In this document: piece by piece, positions 18,007 through 26,903 of the stretch
How the letters are laid out: each line of letters starts with the position of its first letter
How positions within the stretch are numbered: position 1 is the first letter of the stretch
Source: Patescibacteria group bacterium
Lineage (GTDB): Bacteria > Patescibacteriota > Minisyncoccia > 2-02-FULL-40-12 > IGHO2-01-FULL-4-A
DNA: 64,000 nucleotides
Reading direction: 5' to 3'
NCBI GenBank assembly: GCA_038064915.1
Contig: JBBTSB010000005.1
Coordinates: 10,615-74,614 of the forward strand
Notes under the pieces: generated by a model
What the model saw: the letters and a program-made list of their open reading frames with translations, nothing else
The model's database searches: none
Told to the model about the DNA's origin: nothing
Made by a program: the position numbers and the translations under genes

Positions 18007-18384
18007 CTAAGCGAGAGTCGTTTTGGTAGCGCATACAATGCAAAACTTCACAGCTGGTTTGGCGATAAGGCGTTTTTTATCAATTGGAAGATTGCAATTA
18101 CTACAAATTCCATATGAACCCTTGTCAAGTTTTTCCAGCGTTTCGTCGATTTCTTTAAGACGTAGTTCAAGATTCTGCTCAATGGCGCGCCGCTCTTCCA
18201 AATTAGTAACCGTTTGTGCCTTTTCGTCAAGTGAGTCGGCGGGATCGGAAATATCTTGAGGGACGGAGGTCCAATCACCCTTTACGGCAGGATTTTTTTT
18301 GGCAATTTGGCTTAACTGTGCCTCAAGAGCGGCTTTCTCCTGCAGAAGAGATTTCTTCAGTTGTTCGGTTTGTTGTTTATCCAT
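18007..18384 (-). CDS. DksA/TraR family C4-type zinc-finger protein
   Basis: Coiled-coil N-terminus and C-terminal CSNC...x17...CIVC. Confidence 0.7.
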   Translation of the reverse strand: MDKQQTEQLKKSLLQEKAALEAQLSQIAKKNPAVKGDWTSVPQDISDPADSLDEKAQTVTNLEERRAIEQNLELRLKEIDETLEKLDKGSYGICSNCNLPIDKKRLIAKPAVKFCIVCATKTTLA

Positions 18385-18389
18385 GGATA

Positions 18390-19445
18390 TTATTTTCCTA
18401 ACACGACTCCGAGGACGCGGTCAATGATCGCAAACATATGATCACGCGTATTTGTCATCAAAAGGTATTGATCGCCGTCGGGCATGGTAACAATGGCATA
18501 GTCTAAGCTATTGAATGCATCAGGAAAGTTTCTGTATCGTATCACGGTATTTTGATAGGTATTGCTGAGAAAACCTTCGGATGCAGAACGTTGTGTGTTG
18601 AGCTGAAAGAATGTTTTCAGATCCCGAGCCATCGTGGATTCCCAGTCGGTCAAAGCTGTCTGCGCAGCTACAGTATCATTGATCTTGAATGCATATCCCA
18701 AACCACTTGATCCGTCTGGTTTTCCAAATGATGACCGATACACATATTCCGGATCAAATGAGAAGTCAAGAGCAGGAAATGGAAAATCAGCGAGAACAGC
18801 ATGAGACATCTTCAGTTCACCCACGGACAAGTTTCCCTCAAGGGATTGCGTCGGGTGAAATATCTCCTCGAATCCAAACATAGGGGTTGGTGTCGGAGTC
18901 GCGGAAGACGTAGGAGTTGGGGTCGGTTCGGGGTTGGACTTGCTTCCCAGGAGAAAGAGAACCACTAGCATAATAACTACAAATATGCCCACAATAATCC
19001 AAATCATTGGCTTTTTTCGGCGTTTTCCGTCAGGGGGCAAATTTACCGGAGCTGGCGGACGCGGGGGAGTTTGCCCGAATGATCGCTGTTCAGGGGGACG
19101 TGGCGTCGAAACAGCTGGTGGAACCGTAATACCAGAAGGTTTTGTTTTTGCTACGTCCTGCTCCATGGTTCTGACAGAAGAGCGAAACGTTGGTGGGGCC
19201 TGGCCAACGATCTGGGGACCTGAGGGGCGGGCGGGTGCTGGGGCAGGTTGCGGAACTCCCGATGGAGGCAAGTGGGGAGCAGGGGAAGGTGTAACATTTG
19301 AGAGATTGGTTTCCTTTACCGGGATCGTCGGAGGTGGCGAAATAGGCCGGGGCGGAAGTGTCGGCGGAGGCGTCGGAGGAACGGCCGGTTGTGGTGGTCG
19401 TGGAGGAAGAGTTGGCTTTGGTGGGAGAGGATTTACATCTGCCAT
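18390..19445 (-). CDS. Proline-rich membrane-anchored hypothetical protein
   Basis: PPxP-rich N-terminal 150 aa, one TM helix (WIIVGIFVVIMLVVLFLLG), Thr/Pro linker, C-terminal globular domain. Confidence 0.55.
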   Translation of the reverse strand: MADVNPLPPKPTLPPRPPQPAVPPTPPPTLPPRPISPPPTIPVKETNLSNVTPSPAPHLPPSGVPQPAPAPARPSGPQIVGQAPPTFRSSVRTMEQDVAKTKPSGITVPPAVSTPRPPEQRSFGQTPPRPPAPVNLPPDGKRRKKPMIWIIVGIFVVIMLVVLFLLGSKSNPEPTPTPTSSATPTPTPMFGFEEIFHPTQSLEGNLSVGELKMSHAVLADFPFPALDFSFDPEYVYRSSFGKPDGSSGLGYAFKINDTVAAQTALTDWESTMARDLKTFFQLNTQRSASEGFLSNTYQNTVIRYRNFPDAFNSLDYAIVTMPDGDQYLLMTNTRDHMFAIIDRVLGVVLGK

Positions 19446-19454
19446 AGAAGTGGA

Positions 19455-21524
19455 TTACTTCATTGTCAGATTTATTCTACCATACTCATCAATATTTTTA
19501 ACTCGAACGTGGATAACTTGCCCGACCTTGAGTATGTCAGACGGTTTTCTGATCCGTTCTTCTGACGGAATTTCACTTACGTGAACGAGTCCATCTTTGC
19601 CGGGAAGGTACTCAACCATGGCACCAAAATCCAGCAATCGCGTGATACGGCCGTCAAATTCGTCACCTGGTTTTGCTTCGTAGGTGATATTGAGAACCAG
19701 TTTTTTGGCTTCTTCCATGCTCGCAGGATTGTCGGAGGTGATAAATACCAGTCCACTATCATCAATATCGATGGCGACACCTGTTTGATCAATGATTTTG
19801 TTGATGACCTTGCCTCCGGGACCAATGAGGGCGCCGATTTTTTCAGGGTTGATTTCAATCGTGGCAACTCGGGGAGCGTATTTGGAAAGCTCCGCACGAG
19901 GCGCCTGAATTGCCTTTGCCATGCTTGCTAAAATTTCTAAACGTGCGGTCCGCGCTTGCTCGAGCGTCTTCATCAGCACCTCTTCAGTGATGCCCTCGAT
20001 CTTGACATCCATCTGCATAGCAGTGACACCATCCTTGGTGCCCGCAACTTTCATGTCCATGTCTCCATGGTGGTCTTCCGGGCCTTGGATGTCGGTGAGA
20101 ATTTTGTACTTTTCACCCTTGTCATCGAACATGAGCCCCATGGCGATACCGGCAGCGGGGCCTTTGATGGGGACGCCACCGTCCATCATGGCAAGCACGG
20201 ATCCACACACTGATGCCATGGAAGATGATCCGTTTGAGGACAAAATTTCAGATACCAAACGAATCGTATAGGGGAATTCTTCCTTGGGGGGCAGGAGTGG
20301 CTCCATGGCGCGCTCGGCAAGGTAACCATGGCCCATCTCACGGCGTTTGGGAGCACCGAAGCGTCCCACCTCTCCAACGGAGAACGGCGGGAAAACATAG
20401 TGGTGCATGAAGCGACGTTTGGTCAGATCGATTTCCATAGTTTCCACCCATTGTTCCATACCCGGAGCGCCGAGGGTGAGAATGGAGAGCGCTTGCGTTG
20501 TGCCGCGGTTGAAGAGTCCCGAGCCGTGCGAGTAGGGGAGGACGGCGACTTCGGAACTCAACGCGCGCAACTGATCAGTCTTGCGGCCATCCGGGCGCTT
20601 TTCGGATTCGAGAATGTTTTTGTGAACGATGCGATCGATTTCTTCTTCAAAAACCACCTTTGACTCAGCAAATTTTTCGGGCTGAACAAAATCTTTGAGT
20701 TCCTTTTCAATGCCGCGCAAACCCTCTACATACGCCATTTTGTGAGGCGTATAGAGGACTTTTTCAAGTTTTGGCGCAACAAAATCGCGAACCGACTTGT
20801 CGAGCTCCATGTCACGTGTTGCGATTTCCAATACGCGCTTTGGCGTATTAATTTCCGCAGCAATTTCGTTTTGGAATTTAATCAATTCCTGCATTTCCTT
20901 GAAACCCTCCACAATAGCATGGGCGATGTCTTTTTCAGGGACGATGTTGGCTCCGGCTTCGATCATGTTCATTTTGTCGGCAGTGCCGGCAACGACGATG
21001 TCAAAATCTGATTTGAGACGCTCCGCATAGGTAGGATTGAAGACGAGCTTGCCATCCACTCTGCCTACACGAATACCAGCGACAGGACCGTCAAAGGGGA
21101 TGTCGGAGATCATGAGAGCAAGGGAAGCGCCAAACAGCGCCAAGACATCGGTGTCATTGACGCGATCAAAGGACAAAACGGTGGCTACCACCTGAATATC
21201 ATTGCGAATGTTTGAATCAAAGCGGGGACGCAGGGCGCGATCGATCAAGCGTCCCGAAAGAATCGCTTCATCAGATGGTCGGCCTTCGCGCTTGATCCAC
21301 TTACTTCCTTTGATTTTGCCTGCGGCGTAGTATTTTTCTTCGTATTCTACCGAGAGAGGGAAATAGTCGGCTTGACCGGGTTTGGGAGCCATCACCGCAG
21401 TCACCAACACGGCGCTATCTCCGTAGCGCACAAATGCAGAACCATCGGCCTGTTGAGCCAATTTACCAAGTTCAACGGTCAAAGTTTTGCCCGCGAACTC
21501 ACGAGTATATTTTTTTACTTCCAT
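19455..21524 (-). CDS. pnp: Polyribonucleotide nucleotidyltransferase (PNPase)
   Basis: Two RNase PH domains, KH and S1 (GRVVRITDFGAFV-like GRITRLLDFGAMVE); 689 aa. Confidence 0.92.
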   Translation of the reverse strand: MEVKKYTREFAGKTLTVELGKLAQQADGSAFVRYGDSAVLVTAVMAPKPGQADYFPLSVEYEEKYYAAGKIKGSKWIKREGRPSDEAILSGRLIDRALRPRFDSNIRNDIQVVATVLSFDRVNDTDVLALFGASLALMISDIPFDGPVAGIRVGRVDGKLVFNPTYAERLKSDFDIVVAGTADKMNMIEAGANIVPEKDIAHAIVEGFKEMQELIKFQNEIAAEINTPKRVLEIATRDMELDKSVRDFVAPKLEKVLYTPHKMAYVEGLRGIEKELKDFVQPEKFAESKVVFEEEIDRIVHKNILESEKRPDGRKTDQLRALSSEVAVLPYSHGSGLFNRGTTQALSILTLGAPGMEQWVETMEIDLTKRRFMHHYVFPPFSVGEVGRFGAPKRREMGHGYLAERAMEPLLPPKEEFPYTIRLVSEILSSNGSSSMASVCGSVLAMMDGGVPIKGPAAGIAMGLMFDDKGEKYKILTDIQGPEDHHGDMDMKVAGTKDGVTAMQMDVKIEGITEEVLMKTLEQARTARLEILASMAKAIQAPRAELSKYAPRVATIEINPEKIGALIGPGGKVINKIIDQTGVAIDIDDSGLVFITSDNPASMEEAKKLVLNITYEAKPGDEFDGRITRLLDFGAMVEYLPGKDGLVHVSEIPSEERIRKPSDILKVGQVIHVRVKNIDEYGRINLTMK

Positions 21525-21691
21525 AACATACTATCCCGAGCGAAGAGAGGAGAGTAACGAGGATTCTGGCCACAACATTCGATGTTCGAATACTTTGGCT
21601 AGTGCCCCTTTATTCCATGTTCCTCATCTCGCTTTTTGCTTGGGAAATTACTAAAGAAAGCGTAGCATAGAATGACCTAAAACACTAGTAT

Positions 21692-21725
21692 CTCCTCCCA
21701 ACCTCCTCTTACCATTAAGAGGAGG
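21692..21725 (-). repeat. Hairpin CCTCCTCTTA-ATGG-TAAGAGGAGG followed by TTGGGAGGAG (minus-strand reading), ~170 nt upstream of pnp
   Basis: Same architecture as the elements at 2491 and 2898 (10-bp stem with an SD-like 3' arm, then TTGGGAGG). Confidence 0.6.
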
Positions 21726-21740
21726 GGCATAATTAATTTG

Positions 21741-22007
21741 TCACATTCGTTGCAGGAAAAAAATTGCAATAATTACCAGCAACACGAAGAAGACAAGAAT
21801 AATCCGTGCACGTTTAGCTGTAGGATAAGACATCGTGTATGCACGTTTCGCATAACCGTCTGCAATGCCGACTCTTTTCTTACACTCTTCATTTTCCCTG
21901 CATGCCAAAAAACTTCCCATCTCAACCATGGAGTCGCGGCAGATCCCTTTGCCGCAGTTTTTGCAGGTCCCAACCGCTTCTTTATTCGGGTGATAAAAGC
22001 AATTCAT
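21741..22007 (-). CDS. Zinc-ribbon (B-box-like) tail-anchored membrane protein, paralog A
   Basis: MNCFYHPNKEAVGTCKNCGKGICRDS...LAC...C then C-terminal TM ILVFFVLLVIIAIFFL; its ATG overlaps the upstream stop (ATGA). Confidence 0.6.
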   Translation of the reverse strand: MNCFYHPNKEAVGTCKNCGKGICRDSMVEMGSFLACRENEECKKRVGIADGYAKRAYTMSYPTAKRARIILVFFVLLVIIAIFFLQRM

Positions 22008-22201
22008 AGAGAAGTGATGATCATAGTAAGCACTAAAAGTCCGAGCCCAATGAGAACAAATGCGAACGTCTTGTATACTTTGGCGTGCGGTTTGCAAAAC
22101 AGCACCGTGCCCAAAGATTTGGAAGATTCTGCGCATATTCCACGCTTGCAGACACTACAGATGCCTATCGCTTCAGAGTTTTCGTGTTCATGGCATTGCA
22201 T
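22004..22201 (-). CDS. Zinc-ribbon tail-anchored membrane protein, paralog B (65 aa)
   Basis: MQCHEHENSEAIGICSVCKRGICAES...FCKPH then TM FAFVLIGLGLLVLTMIITSL. Confidence 0.55.
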   Translation of the reverse strand: MQCHEHENSEAIGICSVCKRGICAESSKSLGTVLFCKPHAKVYKTFAFVLIGLGLLVLTMIITSL

Positions 22202-22221
22202 ACCTGTATAGTACGCCAGCC

Positions 22222-22704
22222 TTAGCGCTCTGTAAACCGGAACGTGGAGAGAATCAAAGGAATTCTGCCGATGCCATCCCTTTCATCATCCACCACCGTG
22301 ATCTCAAAATCATTACCCATATGCTGAAACCGATAGTAATCCGTGCGAATATAGCCCTGTCGGCAAATGATATGGTTCATTTTTATGTCATTAACGACTT
22401 TTGTACTGGCTATAAAATCGGTCGAACCCTCACACAACCAGGAATTTTTGGGATTTACGTTTACGGTAAAAGACCCGATCGTGTCAAACCGTGCCGTTAC
22501 CATTATTCCCGCCATGTCCAGTTTCTTTTGGAGAGAAAAGTCATCAGGATATCTGAATTCAAATCCGTATTCCTTGTTTTGGTATATTGGCCAGGTGGTA
22601 GGATCTACCGACGGGGGAACCAAGCGCTGGGGAGCATCAATAACCAAGCTCGCGAAAATGCCGAGAACCCCGATAGCGATGAGGAGGTTGATGAAGCGGT
22701 TCAT
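22222..22704 (-). CDS. Secreted/signal-anchored protein with one YxNxEYGF motif domain, C-terminal ...LILSTFRFTER
   Basis: Start MNRFINLLIAIGVLGIFASL (signal anchor); motif WPIYQNKEYGFEFRYPDDF; paralog of 22991-24451. Confidence 0.6.
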   Translation of the reverse strand: MNRFINLLIAIGVLGIFASLVIDAPQRLVPPSVDPTTWPIYQNKEYGFEFRYPDDFSLQKKLDMAGIMVTARFDTIGSFTVNVNPKNSWLCEGSTDFIASTKVVNDIKMNHIICRQGYIRTDYYRFQHMGNDFEITVVDDERDGIGRIPLILSTFRFTER

Positions 22705-22967
22705 ACGGGAAAATGGAGGAATCGGGAGAGCAAAAGAGAAAGTAGCATGAACCCAACAATGATAATGAGAACAAGACGTATCCACTTCAAGTATCTCCTG
22801 GTACGAGTTGTGAGATCATTTGCTAGGTGAACTCTTGTCTGGCACTGGTCATTTTCCATGCATGCCAAAAAGCTTCCTATTTCTACCACCGAGTCGCGAC
22901 AGATTCCTTTTCCACAGTTTTTGCAGGTTCCCACAGCTTCTTTTTGCGGATGATAGAAACAGTTCAT
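22701..22967 (-). CDS. Zinc-ribbon tail-anchored membrane protein, paralog C
   Basis: MNCFYHPQKEAVGTCKNCGKGICRDSVVEIGSFLAC... has its first 26 aa almost identical to paralog A; C-terminal TM; its stop overlaps the next start (ATGA). Confidence 0.6.
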   Translation of the reverse strand: MNCFYHPQKEAVGTCKNCGKGICRDSVVEIGSFLACMENDQCQTRVHLANDLTTRTRRYLKWIRLVLIIIVGFMLLSLLLSRFLHFPV

Positions 22968-22990
22968 AGGCTCATCGTACGCCAGCTTTG

Positions 22991-24451
22991 CTAGTCTGTA
23001 AACCGAAACGTGGAGAGAATTTGTTGAGACCACGGCTCGTATGCGACCGTAGATATATCAAATGTTACATTCGCGCGTTGGACATAGAGTTGGTATATTG
23101 AAGGATATTTTTGCGGAAGTTCAATGCATGCTAATCCACGTTCACCGGCAAACGATATTTCATTTCCTTCACAGAATCCATTGATAAAGAGAGGATCTTT
23201 TTCGAGAAGAGTTCTGGGTGATTCCGTACGGATTGAAACGTCAAAGAATGGGGCACCCGCACCACGTTGGAACAAGGAAATATGATTTTCTTGTTCCATG
23301 ATTTCCCAATGACTTGGAATAGTAGTCTCAAATCCGTACTCCTCATTCCGATAGGTTTTCCATGGAGATGGATTGAATACCTTAACTGTCTCGATAATCT
23401 GTCCCGCAATATCATTGGCGTAGCTAAACCATCGAGGCGGAAGCGCAAATACATATTTGCTGTTTTGTCCCAATTTTATTGGACCAATGGGAGCGGCACT
23501 GACAACTAAACTCGAGTTTTGAACCAATTTCCACTGCTCACGAGTAAAAACTAAGACAGGAATATTTTGTAGCGACTCATCTGGTAGTTGTGGAGGATTG
23601 ATAGAGATTATGGGACCTGTGGTATCAGCAATGTCATTACCATTCCATGTATCAGCAGTAATCGAATATCCCTCCCAACTGGGTGGCAACAGGAAACTAA
23701 ATCCATATTGATCATTTCGGTAGAGTTTCCAGCCTCCGAGGGTCATGGTATCGAGAATTTGATAGATCGTCTGATCGGTTGCCTGCCATGGTTCGTCGGT
23801 ATGCTCAAGATCTTGAACGGAAACAATTATTTTCACAACAAACTTTTTGTCTGGACTTTCGATGTATACCGTACTCCAAAAAGGCCACTCTCCACCTGGA
23901 GAGTGATGAATGTTGTATCCGACCCATGCGGTTAAACCATTCGACGTCGTATATTTTTGTGGCACCGCTCCCGACTGGCGCAGATCTTCATCACCACCGT
24001 ATGCTTCGGCATCTCGGCTCTCAAGTTGAAACGAGTCGGCAAGTTCGCTTTGACTTGTTCCCGAGGGATAGCCCTTGTAAATCCATTGATCTTGAGAGGC
24101 AGAAAATTCATAGATTCCATTAGAACCCCAGTTGGTTGCATAGTATTGCATGCCGTTAAGTGGTCGCAGTAAAACTCGTGTTTCGAGCGTATCAGATGAG
24201 TCAGATATCTCTGGTCCACTATACGCACGAAACGCTTTTGTTTTCTCTAGGTATTCGTAAAACCTCGGATACTTGAATTCAATCTGGTGAGTGGGATTGA
24301 GATAGGTGAACCAGTTGAGTTTTTCTGATGAAACAACCGTGGTTGGAGAAGGAGAGAATGAGGTTTCTTTTGATAATTTTAGTCCCACAAACAAGCTCGC
24401 GATGATGCCGAGTACACCGACAGCGATGAGATAGTTGATGAAGCGGGTCAT
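22991..24451 (-). CDS. Secreted/signal-anchored protein with three W-x-Y-x-N-x-EYGF repeats, C-terminal ...QQILSTFRFTD
   Basis: Start MTRFINYLIAVGVLGIIASL; motifs at WFTYLNPTHQIEFKYP, WKLYRNDQYGFSFLLPPSW and WKTYRNEEYGFETTIPSHW. Confidence 0.6.
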   Translation of the reverse strand: MTRFINYLIAVGVLGIIASLFVGLKLSKETSFSPSPTTVVSSEKLNWFTYLNPTHQIEFKYPRFYEYLEKTKAFRAYSGPEISDSSDTLETRVLLRPLNGMQYYATNWGSNGIYEFSASQDQWIYKGYPSGTSQSELADSFQLESRDAEAYGGDEDLRQSGAVPQKYTTSNGLTAWVGYNIHHSPGGEWPFWSTVYIESPDKKFVVKIIVSVQDLEHTDEPWQATDQTIYQILDTMTLGGWKLYRNDQYGFSFLLPPSWEGYSITADTWNGNDIADTTGPIISINPPQLPDESLQNIPVLVFTREQWKLVQNSSLVVSAAPIGPIKLGQNSKYVFALPPRWFSYANDIAGQIIETVKVFNPSPWKTYRNEEYGFETTIPSHWEIMEQENHISLFQRGAGAPFFDVSIRTESPRTLLEKDPLFINGFCEGNEISFAGERGLACIELPQKYPSIYQLYVQRANVTFDISTVAYEPWSQQILSTFRFTD

Positions 24452-24458
24452 GGGATAG

Positions 24459-25523
24459 TTACGGTTCTGGTACCCAGAGTTCGTTGTTGACATAGATGTT
24501 GACGCTTTCTACTGAAGGAAACTGTTTGAGCGTGTTGGCGATTCCGGATTGAAAGGCAAGATCGCCGCAAAGTCCCATGTGAGCCGAGCCTGGGCCGTTG
24601 ATGTCATAATCAGGCAGACTAAACTTCACGGTGGCAACTCCATTGGTGATCGTCACAGAGTTTAGCGAAAGAAGACCGTACCCTCCTCCGGTGTACCCAA
24701 GCTTTTTTTCTTCCTCGGTGGGACCCTGCATCCATAAAGCAACAGATTCCGTTGCAGGAGTTTTTGTAATATGGATTTGTCGCTCAACCGGATAGGTTAC
24801 TCTGCAGTCGAGAATTTGAGAATCTTTGACGGTGTTGAAAAAGAATAGCTTAATGCTCATTCGCGGGAAATACTGCACCCATGTGTTGCTCACGTATGTT
24901 TCATAGGTTTGCGTGGAAAGATCATAGATTGTTGCCGAGATAACTCTTCCGTCTATGATAGGACCAGCATCATAGTCACCCCAGGTAAAGAATCGGTTAT
25001 TATCAAGCCAAGCAAAGTAATCAGTTCCGCAGAGGGCTGCACCACAGTACGCCAGCTGGTAAAAGTGATGATTTTTGAGATCCCAGAGAGCTATAAACGT
25101 ATCCGGATCGCATGCGGCAGGGGAGCTTTGAAGTGCATAGCGACCATCGGGAGAGTACAGAGGATCTGAAGCTTTTATGCCTCCGGAACATCCTTCACCC
25201 ATAAAAATTGGTTTGCCACTAGCATCGAAAAAATTCGGAGATTCTACCAGATTAATCTTTCCTTCTGTTTGCAGGGTAAAAACCAAATCGGGCATGTCAC
25301 GATCGGCTCGTTTTTGAGTGGCGAGATACCCCTTGAACTCGGCATTGCTGGCTATTTCTGATGGCAATGGTTTATCAGGTAAGATATCCGATGATGACGA
25401 TGGCGATGTTGTCGGAGTGGAAAAACTGGTTTGTTCGCCCAAGGTTCCAGGCCTTGTAAACAAGCTTGCAATGATGCCGAGAATGCCGATGGCGATTAAG
25501 AGGTTGGTTATATTCTTTTCCAT
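24459..25523 (-). CDS. Secreted protein with a related signal anchor and a C-terminal GerMN-like domain
   Basis: MEKNITNLLIAIGILGIIASL; the C-terminal ...ALWMQGPTEEEKKLGYTGG...SVTITNGVATVKFS resembles GerMN. Confidence 0.55.
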   Translation of the reverse strand: MEKNITNLLIAIGILGIIASLFTRPGTLGEQTSFSTPTTSPSSSSDILPDKPLPSEIASNAEFKGYLATQKRADRDMPDLVFTLQTEGKINLVESPNFFDASGKPIFMGEGCSGGIKASDPLYSPDGRYALQSSPAACDPDTFIALWDLKNHHFYQLAYCGAALCGTDYFAWLDNNRFFTWGDYDAGPIIDGRVISATIYDLSTQTYETYVSNTWVQYFPRMSIKLFFFNTVKDSQILDCRVTYPVERQIHITKTPATESVALWMQGPTEEEKKLGYTGGGYGLLSLNSVTITNGVATVKFSLPDYDINGPGSAHMGLCGDLAFQSGIANTLKQFPSVESVNIYVNNELWVPEP

Positions 25524-25783
25524 ACGTTTTGGTAAATCACGGATCGGTGTTGAATGATTAGTATTTTGACCACACGTTTCTCAATTTTGAAAATGACTCG
25601 GTGGTCACCTACGCGCAACTTGCGGTACCCATGCAGAGAACGACGCAGGGGTTTGCCGTACAGTTCCGGTTCGGTCGTCAGACGTGTTTCGATGGCCTGT
25701 TTGATCCGGTCCCGCATACGCTTCGGGAGCTCAGGAATATCGTTACGAACAACAAGCTCATGGTATCTGATCGTAAAACTCAT
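25508..25783 (-). CDS. RelE/ParE family type II toxin
   Basis: MSFTIRYHELVVRNDIPELPKRMRDRIKQAIE...LRVGDHRVIFKIEKRVVKILIIQHR is the typical RelE/StbE pattern. Confidence 0.8.
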   Translation of the reverse strand: MSFTIRYHELVVRNDIPELPKRMRDRIKQAIETRLTTEPELYGKPLRRSLHGYRKLRVGDHRVIFKIEKRVVKILIIQHRSVIYQNVWKRI

Positions 25784-26001
25784 GACCAGGCCTTCGCGTG
25801 GCTCACAAAGCGCGCTTTTTTGGTGTCGCGAGCTTGCGCCAAGCGATCCCAGGCTCCATCCTCCTCGATTTCAATAGCCAATTTGAGTAAATCAGCCGCT
25901 TTGGTGGCTTGTGGAACACGATCCCGCCTGGCGAGGTACGCCAGCGCCCTTTCTAGAGGATCAGAAAGCGATACATTGACGCGATGTTTTGTGGTAGGCA
26001 T
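25780..26001 (-). CDS. RHH/CopG-type antitoxin partner
   Basis: A 73-aa ORF overlapping the toxin start by 4 nt; ribbon-helix-helix-like HRVNVSLSDPLERALAYLARRD. Confidence 0.7.
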   Translation of the reverse strand: MPTTKHRVNVSLSDPLERALAYLARRDRVPQATKAADLLKLAIEIEEDGAWDRLAQARDTKKARFVSHAKAWS

Positions 26002-26050
26002 GTCTTGAGTGTATCAAAAGTGTAGCACCGAGGTCAAGAACCGGAGGGAG

Positions 26051-26557
26051 TTAGTGTATCAAAAACTTTTTTACTTCGCTTTCGAGATCATGGAATACAT
26101 CCACAGCCTCTTTGAGTTTGCCGGAGGTACTGCGGCCAAAGGACATCGCTTCGACTTTGAGGCCTTTGTTGATTTTGAGGTATTCTACCAACGGAATGAA
26201 ATCGCCGTCGCCACTTACAATCACGGCCACATCAATTTTGTCAGCCAAAATTACGGCATCCATGGCCATTCCGACGTCCCAGTCAGCCTTTTTGGCACCA
26301 CCAGCAAACACCTGGAGGTCTTTGACTTTGATTTCGTAGCCTGACTTTTCGAGGGCTTCAATAAAGGCCGTTTCATCGCCGGCCTCGGTCTTGATGACGT
26401 ACACAAAGGCCCGGATGAGCTTGCGCGTACCCACCGCTTCCTCCAGCACTTTCTTAAAATTTACCTTGGCGTGGTAGAGGTTCTTTGCCGTGTGGTACAT
26501 GTTTTGCGCATCAACAAACACACCGACGCGCTGGTGCTCTGACTCTTGAGTATTCAT
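26051..26557 (-). CDS. NYN-domain (LabA/DUF88) protein
   Basis: VGVFVDAQNMYH...DVAMAMDAV...VIVSGDGDFIPLV has the NYN/LabA acidic residues. Confidence 0.8.
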   Translation of the reverse strand: MNTQESEHQRVGVFVDAQNMYHTAKNLYHAKVNFKKVLEEAVGTRKLIRAFVYVIKTEAGDETAFIEALEKSGYEIKVKDLQVFAGGAKKADWDVGMAMDAVILADKIDVAVIVSGDGDFIPLVEYLKINKGLKVEAMSFGRSTSGKLKEAVDVFHDLESEVKKFLIH

Positions 26558-26613
26558 TTTTTGAGGCTTAGTAATTATGAAAAAGAAAAATTATGAAAAA
26601 TATCTGTTCGAAC

Positions 26614-26880
26614 TTACCCTCGCAAACCCAACGACTTTACGATCTTTCCATGTCGGGTAGGATCCTCACGCTTCAAAAAATCCAGCATACGCTTGCGTTT
26701 GGCAACCATTTTCAAAAGGCCTCGGCGCGAGCTTATGTCTTTGACGTGCTTTTTCAAATGCTTTGCCAGCCGCTCAATTTCCTCGGTGAAGAGAGAAATC
26801 TGCACTTCCGGCGATCCCGTATCGCCCTCATGCGTGGCGGCTTTGGTGATCACTTTAGCTTTTTGTTGAGGCGCTAACAT
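26614..26880 (-). CDS. rpsO: 30S ribosomal protein S15
   Basis: MLAPQQKAKVITKAATHEGDTGSPEVQISLFTEEIERLAKHLKKHVKDISSRRGLLKMVAKRKRMLDFLKR; start ATG 26880. Confidence 0.92.
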   Translation of the reverse strand: MLAPQQKAKVITKAATHEGDTGSPEVQISLFTEEIERLAKHLKKHVKDISSRRGLLKMVAKRKRMLDFLKREDPTRHGKIVKSLGLRG

Positions 26881-26903
26881 GAAGATTATGATATCATAAG
26901 TTC

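Noticed and set aside
21738-22830. Plus-strand ORFs 21738..22211 and 22060..22830
   Set aside because: They are antisense to the zinc-ribbon and secreted-protein paralog genes, which have conserved paralogous protein sequences on the minus strand.
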